A stretch of 64,000 nt of DNA. It comes from Eledone cirrhosa. Its lineage: Eukaryota. Position numbers and translations under genes: made by a program. The notes below the pieces were generated by a model. That model did not search any database and had not been told where the DNA came from. It saw only the letters and a program-made list of their open reading frames with translations. This document shows positions 13,585-24,922 of this stretch, piece by piece (the stretch's first letter is position 1; each line of letters opens with the position of its first letter). Location of the stretch: the NCBI GenBank assembly GCA_964016885.1, contig OZ024752.1, positions 25,358,001-25,422,000 on the forward strand, written 5' to 3'.

Positions 13585-14192
13585 TACCTATCTTCCGGCC
13601 TCTCTAGAGAATCGTAAAAGCACATATCGCTATATGCTTTTTCTATGAAAATTAGTAGTGGGCAGACCAACTTGCATAGAGTGTGAGTAAGTACCGGTTC
13701 AACGGAGACGATAAAAACAAATAACGAAACGAAATTAAATTTCATTTCGTTTGTAACTCACTTTTGTATGACTGACGCTCAAACAATTAAGTCAAAGATG
13801 TACATCCATATATGTATACTGAAATACTAGTATGTATATGAATACACACACGTATACATATGTAGATGTACCAAGTTTTTTTTCACTGAAAAAAAAAAAA
13901 ACTTGGTACATCTACATATGTATACGTGTGTGTATTCATATACATACTAGTATTTCAGTATACATATATGGATGTACATCTTTGACTTAATTGTTTGAGC
14001 GTCAGTCATACAAAAGTGAGTTACAAACGAAATGAAATTTAATTTCGTTTCGTTATTTGTTTTTATCGTCTCCGTTGAACCGGTACTTACTCACACTCTA
14101 TGCAAGTTGGTCTGCCCACTACTAATTTTCATAGAAAAAGCATATAGCGATATGTGCTTTTACGATTCTCTAGAGAGGCCGGAAGATAGGTA

Positions 14193-14237
14193 AATATTGC
14201 TGATGAGTTGTAACAACAACGAAACTAGTTCAATATT
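14193..14237 (+). ncRNA. Type I hammerhead ribozyme, array unit
   Basis: aatattg CTGATGA gttg-taacaa-caac GAAA ctag TT caatatt. 7-bp stem I and palindromic stem III ACTAGT. Confidence 0.9.
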
Positions 14238-14661
14238 CCTTGTCTGGCTTTCTGGAGAATAGAGGAAAGGTGTTTCCTCAAAAACCAGTATGACTCTAAA
14301 AACCGGTTTGTCTGTGTGTTTACATACAGAATAGCTGGCCACTCACAGTAAAGTGATCAGTGAAAAAAAACTTGGTACATCTACATATGTATACGTGTGT
14401 GTATTCATATACATACTAGTATTTCAGTATACATATATGGATGTACATCTTTGACTTAATTGTTTGAGCGTCAGTCATACAAAAGTGAGTTACAAACGAA
14501 ATGAAATTTAATTTCGTTTCGTTATTTGTTTTTATCGTCTCCGTTGAACCGGTACTTACTCACACTCTATGCAAGTTGGTCTGCCCACTACTAATTTTCA
14601 TAGAAAAAGCATATAGCGATATGTGCTTTTACGATTCTCTAGAGAGGCCGGAAGATAGGTA

Positions 14662-14706
14662 AATATTGCTGATGAGTTGTAACAACAACGAAACTAGTTC
14701 AATATT
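14662..14706 (+). ncRNA. Type I hammerhead ribozyme, array unit
   Basis: Identical motif. Confidence 0.9.
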
Positions 14707-15130
14707 CCTTGTCTGGCTTTCTGGAGAATAGAGGAAAGGTGTTTCCTCAAAAACCAGTATGACTCTAAAAACCGGTTTGTCTGTGTGTTTACATACAGAA
14801 TAGCTGGCCACTCACAGTAAAGTGATCAGTGAAAAAAAACTTGGTACATCTACATATGTATACGTGTGTGTATTCATATACATACTAGTATTTCAGTATA
14901 CATATATGGATGTACATCTTTGACTTAATTGTTTGAGCGTCAGTCATACAAAAGTGAGTTACAAACGAAATGAAATTTAATTTCGTTTCGTTATTTGTTT
15001 TTATCGTCTCCGTTGAACCGGTACTTACTCACACTCTATGCAAGTTGGTCTGCCCACTACTAATTTTCATAGAAAAAGCATATAGCGATATGTGCTTTTA
15101 CGATTCTCTAGAGAGGCCGGAAGATAGGTA

Positions 15131-15175
15131 AATATTGCTGATGAGTTGTAACAACAACGAAACTAGTTCAATATT
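15131..15175 (+). ncRNA. Type I hammerhead ribozyme, array unit
   Basis: Identical motif. Confidence 0.9.
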
Positions 15176-15598
15176 CCTTGTCTGGCTTTCTGGAGAATAG
15201 AGGAAAGGTGTTTCCTCAAAAACCAGTATGACTCTAAAAACCGGTTTGTCTGTGTGTTTACATACAGAATAGCTGGCCACTCACAGTAAAGTGATCAGTG
15301 AAAAAAACTTGGTACATCTACATATGTATACGTGTGTGTATTCATATACATACTAGTATTTCAGTATACATATATGGATGTACATCTTTGACTTAATTGT
15401 TTGAGCGTCAGTCATACAAAAGTGAGTTACAAACGAAATGAAATTTAATTTCGTTTCGTTATTTGTTTTTATCGTCTCCGTTGAACCGGTACTTACTCAC
15501 ACTCTATGCAAGTTGGTCTGCCCACTACTAATTTTCATAGAAAAAGCATATAGCGATATGTGCTTTTACGATTCTCTAGAGAGGCCGGAAGATAGGTA

Positions 15599-15643
15599 AA
15601 TATTGCTGATGAGTTGTAACAACAACGAAACTAGTTCAATATT
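15599..15643 (+). ncRNA. Type I hammerhead ribozyme, array unit
   Basis: Identical motif. Confidence 0.9.
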
Positions 15644-16067
15644 CCTTGTCTGGCTTTCTGGAGAATAGAGGAAAGGTGTTTCCTCAAAAACCAGTATGAC
15701 TCTAAAAACCGGTTTGTCTGTGTGTTTACATACAGAATAGCTGGCCACTCACAGTAAAGTGATCAGTGAAAAAAAACTTGGTACATCTACATATGTATAC
15801 GTGTGTGTATTCATATACATACTAGTATTTCAGTATACATATATGGATGTACATCTTTGACTTAATTGTTTGAGCGTCAGTCATACAAAAGTGAGTTACA
15901 AACGAAATGAAATTTAATTTCGTTTCGTTATTTGTTTTTATCGTCTCCGTTGAACCGGTACTTACTCACACTCTATGCAAGTTGGTCTGCCCACTACTAA
16001 TTTTCATAGAAAAAGCATATAGCGATATGTGCTTTTACGATTCTCTAGAGAGGCCGGAAGATAGGTA

Positions 16068-16112
16068 AATATTGCTGATGAGTTGTAACAACAACGAAAC
16101 TAGTTCAATATT
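16068..16112 (+). ncRNA. Type I hammerhead ribozyme, array unit
   Basis: Identical motif. Confidence 0.9.
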
Positions 16113-16425
16113 CCTTGTCTGGCTTTCTGGAGAATAGAGGAAAGGTGTTTCCTCAAAAACCAGTATGACTCTAAAAACCGGTTTGTCTGTGTGTTTACAT
16201 ACAGAATAGCTGGCCACTCACAGTAAAGTGATCAGTGAAAAAAAACTTGGTACATCTACATATGTATACGTGTGTGTATTCATATACATACTAGTATTTC
16301 AGTATACATATATGGATGTACATCTTTGACTTAATTGTTTGAGCGTCAGTCATACAAAAGTGAGTTACAAACGAAATGAAATTTAATTTCGTTTCGTTAT
16401 TTGTTTTTATATATATATATATATA

Positions 16426-16810
16426 TGGAAAGTTATATTTAAATTGTTGGGTTACAACGAGTAAATATTTATAACTGATATAAAAGCACTCAACAAGTAT
16501 TTGGAGTATATTTACAATATTAAATAAATGGAAATTATATTTATAAAACCATATTTATTTCATTATATATATTTCAGGGATATCATATTAAAAATATGTT
16601 ATGCCTTCTTCAGACAAAATACAATATAAACAGTCTTATAAATGCAAGTCGATGTTGAAAGGGTATGTCGAATCTATCTATTTATAAGACTGTTTATATT
16701 GTATTTTGTCTGAAGAAGGCATAACATATTTTTAATATGATATCCCTGAAATATATATGATGAAATAAATATGGTTTTATAAATATAATTTCCATTTATT
16801 TAATATCGTA
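16426..16810. mobile_element. Fold-back remnant of Hydra-like family 5 3' end, with HHRs at 16560-16617 (minus) and 16706-16763 (plus)
   Basis: Matches 55808-56050. Arms turn near 16645-16680. Confidence 0.8.
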
Positions 16811-16821
16811 TATATATATAT

Positions 16822-18459
16822 ATTTATTAAAATAACAGATTAAAGTTTAAGCAAAGAATCGCTGCTTTCACCCTTAACGGGATCTTCTGAAACTAACAAA
16901 GTCAATCTGTAAACGCAGAAGTGGATATTTCAAAAAACGTTGCAACCGGAGGAAGACAGGAAGACGATACTTTGGTTCGTGGTAACGTTCGCTGGCAAAG
17001 AACGGGAAAAAACGAATAATACGTCATTAATAGGAGCGGTGAAAAACAATTACGCGCAAAGACAAAACCACGTTTATGGTATAAAAGAGGTCGTAGACTA
17101 ATGTTCTCTTAGGTGGTGCATAGAGACGTTCTCTGGCAATGAACGAAAAAACGAAGATAATAAGTCATATGTGGAGCGTAGAGAACAAAAGCACGCAAAG
17201 ACAAAACCACGTAAATGGTATAGCAGAAGTCGTAGACTAAAATTCTAACTAGGAGACCGCATGAATCTCCGCTACAGAGTTAAGAACAAAGTAAATAAAT
17301 ACAATACAGAAGTAATAGAAACAAATAAATACATACACGCAAACAGATACGTACATACACAAGCACACGCAAAACCTTACCGTAGGTATACAAAACCACG
17401 CACATATAAATATGTGTGTGTGTGTGTGCTTGTGTACAAATAAATAAATAATTATATAAACGTATATAAGTAAATAAATACGTACATAACAAGCGCACAC
17501 ACATACCTACATATAAATACACGAATGTTCGGAGACGTGAGTCAACTAAAACAAGAAGTACACATATACACACACCCACCATACGTACGAACCTGCATAC
17601 TCACTCGGACGCAAAACTCCCGTATACACATAGCCATAAATACCAGAATATGTAAAAATGATACGCCATAACAGTCAAATATACGGACGAGAAGGTATAC
17701 ATACCTTCACAAAACATATGGGTAATATATACTTACCTATGCAAATAAGTAAAGGAATAAACAAACATATACTTAGCTCCCACATCAAGACGTAAAATAT
17801 CCGCGTAAACATCGTGCAATTTATGTTTACAAGCCAAAATTGCCTCAGATTTTTTGTTTAAGATGTGGTCTGTGGCGTAGAGTATTTCCAGGGCCTCAGC
17901 GGCCCAGAGGTCACATGGTCTTTTATTTCCGTTATACGATCCAGCCCTAGCTAGGATCTCCCAGTGTAACTTATATTGGGTGTGGTTATCTTTTAGACTC
18001 CAGATATAAGCTGAAAGTGACGTCATATTCCTTCTCAGAGGGTAACGAAAAGAATGGGTATGCATGTAAAGACGCTGCTTGAAACTATTGGCGGTTAACC
18101 CTATGTAGGCCCTACGGGACGTGGGTGTTACAACCTTACACTTGTAGACAATGTTACTAGAGAGGCATTTCCCGGATAGGGAGCAATCAGCCCGATTCCT
18201 ACAATTACAGTTAGTACTAACTACAGGATTGCACGTCTTCCTACGGCTAGGTAGTTTAGCTAAATTTGAAGCTGTGATGTTATGTGCAAGGTTAGGAGTC
18301 GTAGAGTAAGAAATTTTAATAGTATTTCTATTAAAGATTTTACTATATTTATGTGTAGGGGGAAAATGCTTCGTAATAAGGGAAAGAAAGATCTTAGCTA
18401 ATGGTGTGGCCACCTCCATATTATATGGTGGGTTAAACCAACAAATGCGACGAGATCTA
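16822..18459 (-). mobile_element. Hydra-like PLE family 3, 5'-truncated (GIY-YIG domain plus 3' UTR)
   Basis: 17273-18459 is the reverse complement of about 62800-64000. Motifs WFNPPY and YIGLTANSFKQR. Confidence 0.92.
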
Positions 18460-18738
18460 ATACTCTGGTGGATGGAGTTAGCTATTTGCTGGATGCTTTC
18501 CATTGTGTTTTTCTCTAGTTCCTGACTGTTCTCTAGTGGGGGTGTCTTAACTACGATGTTTATATAATCAACGTAGCGGGAGTACATTATCAGGGTTAAG
18601 GGGTCTTCTAATTGTTCTTTAAGTTTAAGTTTAAGTCTACTGTCCCACCATACCATGAATAAGTTAGCTATGTCGCCTGCAATGCTAACACCAATGGCTG
18701 CTCCTTCCTCTTGGGCATATGTTTTTCCATTAAATTTG

Positions 18739-20094
18739 AAGAAAATGATTGTACATGCGGTAGGGGCCAGCATAAAACTAACCCTTAAGGAACATATGTT
18801 CAAATTTTATGGAAAAACATATGCCCAAGAGGAAGGAGCAGCCATTGGTGTTAGCATTGCAGGCGACATAGCTAACTTATTCATGGTATGGTGGGACAGT
18901 AGACTTAAACTTAAACTTAAAGAACAATTAGAAGACCCCTTAACCCTGATAATGTACTCCCGCTACGTTGATGATATAAACATCGTAGTTATGACACCCC
19001 CACTAGAGAACAGTCAGGAACTAGAGAAAAACACAATGGAAAGCATCCAGCAAATAGCTAACTCCATCCACCAGAGTATTAGAGTTACTATAGACTACCC
19101 AAGTAAACACCCCAACCATCGATTACCTGTACTAGACACAGAGCTCTGGTTAGATACCATTAATAATAAAAAACAAATCCTCCATTCCCATTATGCCAAA
19201 CCCATGACTTCCAAACATCTGATCCACCGAAACTCGGACGTTTCGGACCATACCAAAATCAACATACTGATTGCGGATTTGGTACGGGTGATGAGAAACG
19301 TGTCCCGCATGTGCAACCCCGAAGAACTAGAGAGACACATACAACACTTCATCCACCGTATGCAGTTCTCAGGCTACAATCAGAGAGATAAAATCAGAGT
19401 GTATAGAGGAGCCAGAACCAAATGGGAAAAAATGGTAAATAATGACATAAATGGGACCTGCCCCTTGTATAGGAGCAAATTTTGGAATAGAATAGAAAGA
19501 ACTAGGAACAAGGCTAATAGAATAAATTCATGGTATGATAGCAATAAATACCAGAGTGTAATGTTCATCGATACAACCCCTAGAGGTGAATTAGCTTACA
19601 AATTTAGAAGGGCCCTAAATAAACATAAACTCAATATTAAGATAGTAGAAAGACCAGGTACCTCCGTAAAAACACTCATTAGCAAGACATACCCTTTTCA
19701 AAGACCCTCATGTATAGATAAGAAATGTATAACCTGTAAAATAAGCACCCATATTAACTGTAAAACTAAAAATGTAGTGTATAGCATAAGATGTACCGAA
19801 GGACAATGTAGAGACAAAAATATAGTGTATATAGGTGAGACAGCTCGTAGTGTAGGGGAATGGATAAATGAACACTGGCGAGACCTTCAAGATAGTAAAG
19901 AATCATCTGTACTCTACCAACATGCTAAAATAGAACACAAGGGTAAATTAGAGAACATAGAAATAAAAATAGAATCTACACACAGAAAAGACGCAATGTT
20001 TAGACAAATTACAGAGGCAATAAACATAAAAGAATTACAACCAAAATTAAATAGAAAATATGAGTGGAACAGCAACATCACAACTTACAATTAA
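18739..20094 (+). CDS. 5'-truncated PLE RT/thumb/GIY-YIG polyprotein (open frame)
   Basis: [31 protein letters not shown], CxxxxCxxC linker and VVY...YIGETARS. The first ~28 codons of the tracked ORF come from the inverted arm. Confidence 0.85.
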   Translation, partial: KKMIVHAVGASIKLTLKEHMFKFYGKTYAQEEGAAIGVSIAGDIANLFMVWWDSRLKLKLKEQLEDPLTLIMYSRYVDDINIVVMTPPLENSQELEKNTMESIQQIANSIHQSIRVTIDYPSKHPNHRLPVLDTELWLDTINNKKQILHSHYAKPMTSKHLIHRNSDVSDHTKINILIADLVRVMRNVSRMCNPEELERHIQHFIHRMQFSGYNQRDKIRVYRGARTKWEKMVNNDINGTCPLYRSKFWNRIERTRNKANRINSWYDSNKYQSVMFIDTTPRGELAYKFRRALNKHKLNIKIVERPGTSVKTLISKTYPFQRPSCIDKKCITCKISTHINCKTKNVVYSIRCTEGQCRDKNIVYIGETARSVGEWINEHWRDLQDSKESSVLYQHAKIEHKGKLENIEIKIESTHRKDAMFRQITEAINIKELQPKLNRKYEWNSNITTYN

Positions 20095-20199
20095 GGACAA
20101 AATGAGAACACACACACACATAGAACAAACAACCAACCAGTAACATGTAAATAAACAAATAAATAAATGAACATAAACACACACAGACACCCGGATGTG

Positions 20200-20248
20200 G
20201 CGCATGCGCAGACTGAGCACACAACACACACACAGAAACAAAATGGCG
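20200..20248 (+). promoter_or_regulatory. Putative pLTR promoter: NRF1-like GCGCATGCGCA and YY1-like CAAAATGGCG
   Basis: Consensus matches. The same pair in the same order is kept in Naiad-B at 28694-28786. Confidence 0.45.
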
Positions 20249-20295
20249 TAGGACAGAACAAAGGAGAGGCACAAAAATAAAGAAAGGAATCCCCA

Positions 20296-20338
20296 GTCAC
20301 TGAAGAGGTCACAGAGTGTGTGACGAAAGAACTATGAC
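20296..20338 (+). ncRNA. Type I hammerhead ribozyme (Naiad-A pLTR)
   Basis: gtca CTGAAGA g gtcac-agagtgt-gtgac GAAA gaac TA tgac. Confidence 0.8.
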
Positions 20339-20609
20339 AATATATAAACAACTATCTGGTTGTGGAACCAACCAACCAACCAGAAATTTATAAATTTATA
20401 AATTTATTATAAATTTATTATAATAAATTGAAGTGAAAGCAACTGGTGCGTGTGTTTCTTATTGGCAACATGACCCTCCCAAAGTGTATATATATACATA
20501 TATATATATATAAGTATGTACACGTACATACATATATGTATACAGACGTTCAGTAGTATGTATATATATATACATACATGCACACATATATATATGTACG
20601 TATGGATTC

Positions 20610-21126
20610 ACCGAACATTTATTACAATGCTCGGTGTGTTTGTAAACAAACAACCCGTATTATGCCGTAGTGTCAAGCAACCATTGTTGCTCGTTTGTTC
20701 AACACTGACAAAGGAACGCTGTACTCGTTTCAAGCTTATTAGCTACCACCAGCAACGTATACCTTCCTGCCCGATTGTTGAACATATATACTTACCTTAT
20801 GCATATTAACGTCTGAGTAGCCCAATTTGCATATCGAGTGGGTAAATCGGCCGGGTGTACCGAAAACGATAAACGGAAAAAATGAAACGAAATTTCATTT
20901 CCCACTCTTAGTACGGCTGTTACTTAAATATAATTATAAGTATAAGCCATTAATATGCATAAGGTAAGTATATACGTTCAACAATCTGGCAGGAAGGTAA
21001 ACGTTGCTGATGATAGCTTGAAACTAGTAGAGCGTTCCTTTGTCAGTGTTGAACAAACGAGCAACGATGGTTGCTAGACACTACGGCTTAATACGGGATG
21101 TTTGTTTACAAACACACCGAGCATTC
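20610..21126. mobile_element. Diverged fold-back relative of the 469-bp unit with decayed HHRs
   Basis: About 20625-20810 is an imperfect inverse of about 20950-21126. HHR remnant acgttg CTGATGA tagctt GAAA ctag TA gagcgt at about 21001-21036. Shares blocks such as acgataaa...aaacgaaatt...tcattt with the 469-bp unit. Confidence 0.7.
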
Positions 21127-21127
21127 C

Positions 21128-21968
21128 CAACATTAACCGTAGGATTTCTACCTTATCTTCGTCTCTAGACATTTTTAATAAAGCCGCCCTTTATTATAAT
21201 AAAGCCCTTAAGAACAGCGGTTTTACAGAAAAAAATGTTTATTTACCTACTACCCCCCCCCCCTAAAACTAACCACAATAACAGGAAAAGAAAAATTATT
21301 TGGTTCACACCCCCTTCTCTCTAACTGTCAAAACTAATGTAGGAAGGAAATTCCTTGAATTCTTAGACAAACATTTTCCTCCTAATCATAGATATTATAA
21401 GATATTTAATAGGAACGTAGTTAAGATCAGTTACTCTTGTTGCACATCTATGAAGTCCAAGATCACTATTTCAAATCATACGAGAACAAATCCAGGATGC
21501 AGTTGCAGGAAGCCGGATGAATGCCCATTGCAGGGTAAATGTAACACCAAATTTGTTGTTTATGAGGCTAAAATAACACCGTTAATCAACAACCAGCCAG
21601 CCAGGAGTGAGCGATATATCGGCATGACCCAGGATAGGTTTAAAACTAGATTTTACTCCCATGTCCCTTCTTTTAAGCACTCCGATAAACGAACATCAAC
21701 GGCCCTCGCAAGTAAGGTGTGGGAATTCAAGGATAGTAACATCCCGTACTCTATCGATTGGTCTATCTTAGACCATTCGAGGGAGTACCAAAGGGGCACA
21801 AAGAATTGTTCTTTGTGTACCACAGAAAAATATAGGATTTTGCTAAACTTGAGAGCCACTTCTGCTTGCCTAAACTCAAAGACCGAGATCTTCAGATGTT
21901 GTCCTCATCTGAAATCACATCGGATATGTAACTGGATTGACACTCCTATGATAAATCAACCGCCTTGA
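21128..21968 (+). pseudogene. PLE thumb plus GIY-YIG endonuclease fragment
   Basis: CSCRKPDECPLQGKC, VVY...YIGMTQDRFKTRFYSH and CSLCTTEK. Confidence 0.9.
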
Positions 21969-22151
21969 ACTCCTTCTCTGCTCTTTACTTCTACTACGGT
22001 TTTTTTTATTTGCTGAATCCACGTTCTCTACTCTTGTATTCTTTTTCTCCCTTATCTCCCCTTACAATTCACCTTTTCCTATGTCTTCTTCCCCCCCCCC
22101 CCCGTATATTCTTTTTGCCTTACCCTTCACATACCAAAATGTATGTGTATG

Positions 22152-22238
<87 letters not shown>

Positions 22239-22269
22239 ATATATATATGTAGATAGACCAGGTTTTTTT

Positions 22270-22323
22270 CATTCTGATGATTGAAGGCAAAATTTTTTGC
22301 TTTTAAGAAACCACTGGTGAATG
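22270..22323 (+). ncRNA. Hammerhead ribozyme with GUG at the cleavage site (probably inactive)
   Basis: Paralogue of 22922-22975. Confidence 0.6.
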
Positions 22324-22459
22324 GAATAATTACCTTATGTTGTTTATTACATTACTATATATATGTATAAGTATATTTTGTAGTTATATAAGGTTCATAT
22401 GAATTATCTAAGATTGAGTTTTACACACACACATATATATGTATATATATATATATATA

Positions 22460-22496
<37 letters not shown>

Positions 22497-22646
22497 CTAT
22501 TTGGTTGTGCATGTTTGTGATATGTACGTATTTGTATGTGTATATATGGATGTGTTGATATTTATGTGCGTATGTATGTATGTGTATGTGTGTATTTATA
22601 TACACATATATATGTGTATATGTGTGTGTGTATGTATGAGTGTATG

Positions 22647-22678
<32 letters not shown>

Positions 22679-22730
22679 CATATGTGTGTGTGTATGCTTT
22701 TGTGTGTGTGTGTGTGCGTGTGCGTGTGTG

Positions 22731-22793
<63 letters not shown>

Positions 22794-22921
22794 TGTGTAT
22801 TTGTTTGCATGTGTGTTTTTATTTTATTTTTCCTTTCCTTTTTATTTCTCCAGCCTCACTTTCATATAGATTGCATTTTTGTTTTTAAAATCCAAATTCA
22901 ATAAACAGACCAGGATTTTTT

Positions 22922-22975
22922 CATTCTGATGATTGAAAGCAAAATCTTTTGCTTTTGAGAAACCACTGGTAAATG
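22922..22975 (+). ncRNA. Type I hammerhead ribozyme
   Basis: catt CTGATGA ttgaaagcaaaa-tc-ttttgcttttga GAAA cc-act-gg TA aatg. Confidence 0.8.
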
Positions 22976-23002
22976 GAATAATTGCCTTATGTTGTTTATT
23001 AC

Positions 23003-23103
<101 letters not shown>

Positions 23104-23124
23104 CATATATATATATATATTTAT

Positions 23125-23633
23125 ATATTAGTTTAGCGAGGTTTTTTATATGAAATCGTGTATCGAAACAAATATTGTTATACTTGGGGAGGGTCATATT
23201 TTTGTAATATTGCCAGAATTAATAACAGAACACACTCACTGTTTGGTTGGTTTTCGCTTCTCGCTGTCTTTTATATCTGCGATCTAACTTAATCGGTCCT
23301 CAATGTTGTCATTGACTGACCGACGGTCAAAAATAATACAGATACAATATAGACACAAACACATATATATAGTTTACATAATTTACATAAATCTTTCGTT
23401 GCACATCTGCAACATCGTCAGTGGTGTTATATTTTTTCCTCCTGTTGTGTTGTATGTCTACGCCATTTTTTATTCAGTCTGTCTGACCGTCGGTCAGTCA
23501 ATGGCAACATTGAGGACCGATTAAGTTAGATCGCAGATATAAAAGACAGCGAGAAGCGAAAACCAACCAAACAGTGAGTGTGTTCTGTTATTAATTCTGG
23601 CAATATTACAAAAATATGACCCTCCCCAAGTAT

Positions 23634-23639
<6 letters not shown>
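23125..23639. mobile_element. Older fold-back remnant of Naiad-like family B pLTR (HHR 23384-23427 minus)
   Basis: Diverged match to 24635-24995. Turn near 23484. Confidence 0.85.
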
Positions 23640-23702
<63 letters not shown>

Positions 23703-23898
23703 GGGAGGGTCATATTTGCGTAATATTGCCAGAATTAATAACAGAACACACTCACTGTTTGGTTGGTTTTCGCTTCTCGCTGTCTTTTATATATATATAT
23801 CTGCGATCTAACTTACTCGGTCCTCAATGTTGCCATTGACTGACCGGCGGTCAAAAATAATACAGATACAATATAGACAAACACATATATATATAGTT

Positions 23899-23942
23899 TA
23901 CATAAATCTTTCGTTGCACATCTGCAACATCGTCAGTGGTGT
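23899..23942 (-). ncRNA. Hammerhead ribozyme (Naiad-B inverted arm)
   Basis: Reverse complement of the pLTR HHR. Confidence 0.7.
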
Positions 23943-24693
23943 TATATTCATTGTTCCTCCTGTTGTGTTGTATGTCTACGCCATTTTTTTTTGTTCAGTC
24001 TGTCTATATATTTATTTATTTATTTGCTTGTTTGTTTATCTTATTTTATTTTGTCTTCTTTGCGCATGCGTTTGCGTGTGTGTATAGTGTTATGTGTGAT
24101 GTGTGACTAGTGTGTATAGTGTTGTCTGCTGGGTGACTAGTGTGTGTTTATGTGCTTGTGTATGTATTTATTTATCTTATTTTATTTAATTTACTTTACT
24201 TATTTATTTATACTTCTCTTAGGTCAGTGTTGTTTGTTTGGGTGTTGTTGTTGTTCCACTCATTCTTTCTGTTTAGCTTTGGTCTTCTAATTTCTATTTC
24301 ACTGGCCTCTCTGATTTGCCTATCTGCTGGGTCATTCCTATGTTTAGATATTATTCTAATTTCTATGTTGTCTATGTTACCGTCATGGTGTTGTCTAGCA
24401 TGTTCGTATAGTACTGACCCGTTTTTTCGTCCTTTTAGTTCCCCCCAGTGTTGGTCTATCCTTTCACCTATGCTACGAGCTGTCTCACCTATGTATGTTG
24501 TTGTCGTGTTTCTGCAAGTACCCTCTGTACATCTTATGCTATAGACTACGTTTCTAGTTTTACAGTTTATCCGTAAAGAAGACAAAATAAAATAAGATAA
24601 ACAAACAAGCAAATAAATAAATAAATATATAGACAGACTGAACAAAAAAAAATGGCGTAGACATACAACACAACAGGAGGAACAATGAATATA

Positions 24694-24737
24694 ACACCAC
24701 TGACGATGTTGCAGATGTGCAACGAAAGATTTATGTA
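24694..24737 (+). ncRNA. Minimal hammerhead ribozyme (Naiad-B 5' pLTR)
   Basis: ca CTGACGA t gttgca-gatg-tgcaac GAAA gatt TA tg. Stem I is weak. Confidence 0.7.
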
Positions 24738-24922
24738 AACTATATATATATGTGTTTGTCTATATTGTATCTGTATTATTTTTGACCGCCGGTCAGTCAA
24801 TGGCAACATTGAGGACCGAGTAAGTTAGATCGCAGATATATATATATAAAAGACAGCGAGAAGCGAAAACCAACCAAACAGTGAGTGTGTTCTGTTATTA
24901 ATTCTGGCAATATTACGCAAAT

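Larger units (their letters stand above)
11438..16410. mobile_element. Palindromic tandem array of 469-bp HHR-containing units (non-LTR retrozyme-like)
   Basis: About 5.2 units in one orientation, turn at about 13886, then about 5.4 inverted units. One HHR per unit. Units differ only in T/A-run length as far as I can see. Confidence 0.92.
18456..20484 (+). mobile_element. Naiad-like PLE family A, 5'-truncated with inverted 5' segment (18456-18740)
   Basis: RT C-terminus, GIY-YIG and pLTR. 18456-18740 is the reverse complement of about 18799-19083. Confidence 0.92.

Noticed and set aside
11558-16217. Ten identical 60-aa ORFs in the array
   Set aside because: GTG start in a eukaryote, antisense to the ribozyme strand, no recognisable domain. 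Identity simply follows from the repeat.
11438-16410. CRISPR array, or rRNA/tRNA/snRNA gene cluster
   Set aside because: No unique spacers or cas genes, and no recognisable 5S, tRNA, U snRNA or SL RNA sequence in the unit.
16845-16940. Hammerhead in the Hydra-3 terminus (CAGAAGA tccc-gttaa-gggt GAAA gcagc)
   Set aside because: Non-canonical core, no UH triplet closing stem III and no stem I. It may be another structure, but cannot be called an HHR.
18655-18738. N-terminus [10 protein letters not shown]... of the 479-aa ORF
   Set aside because: It is antisense read-through from the inverted arm, not a genuine start.
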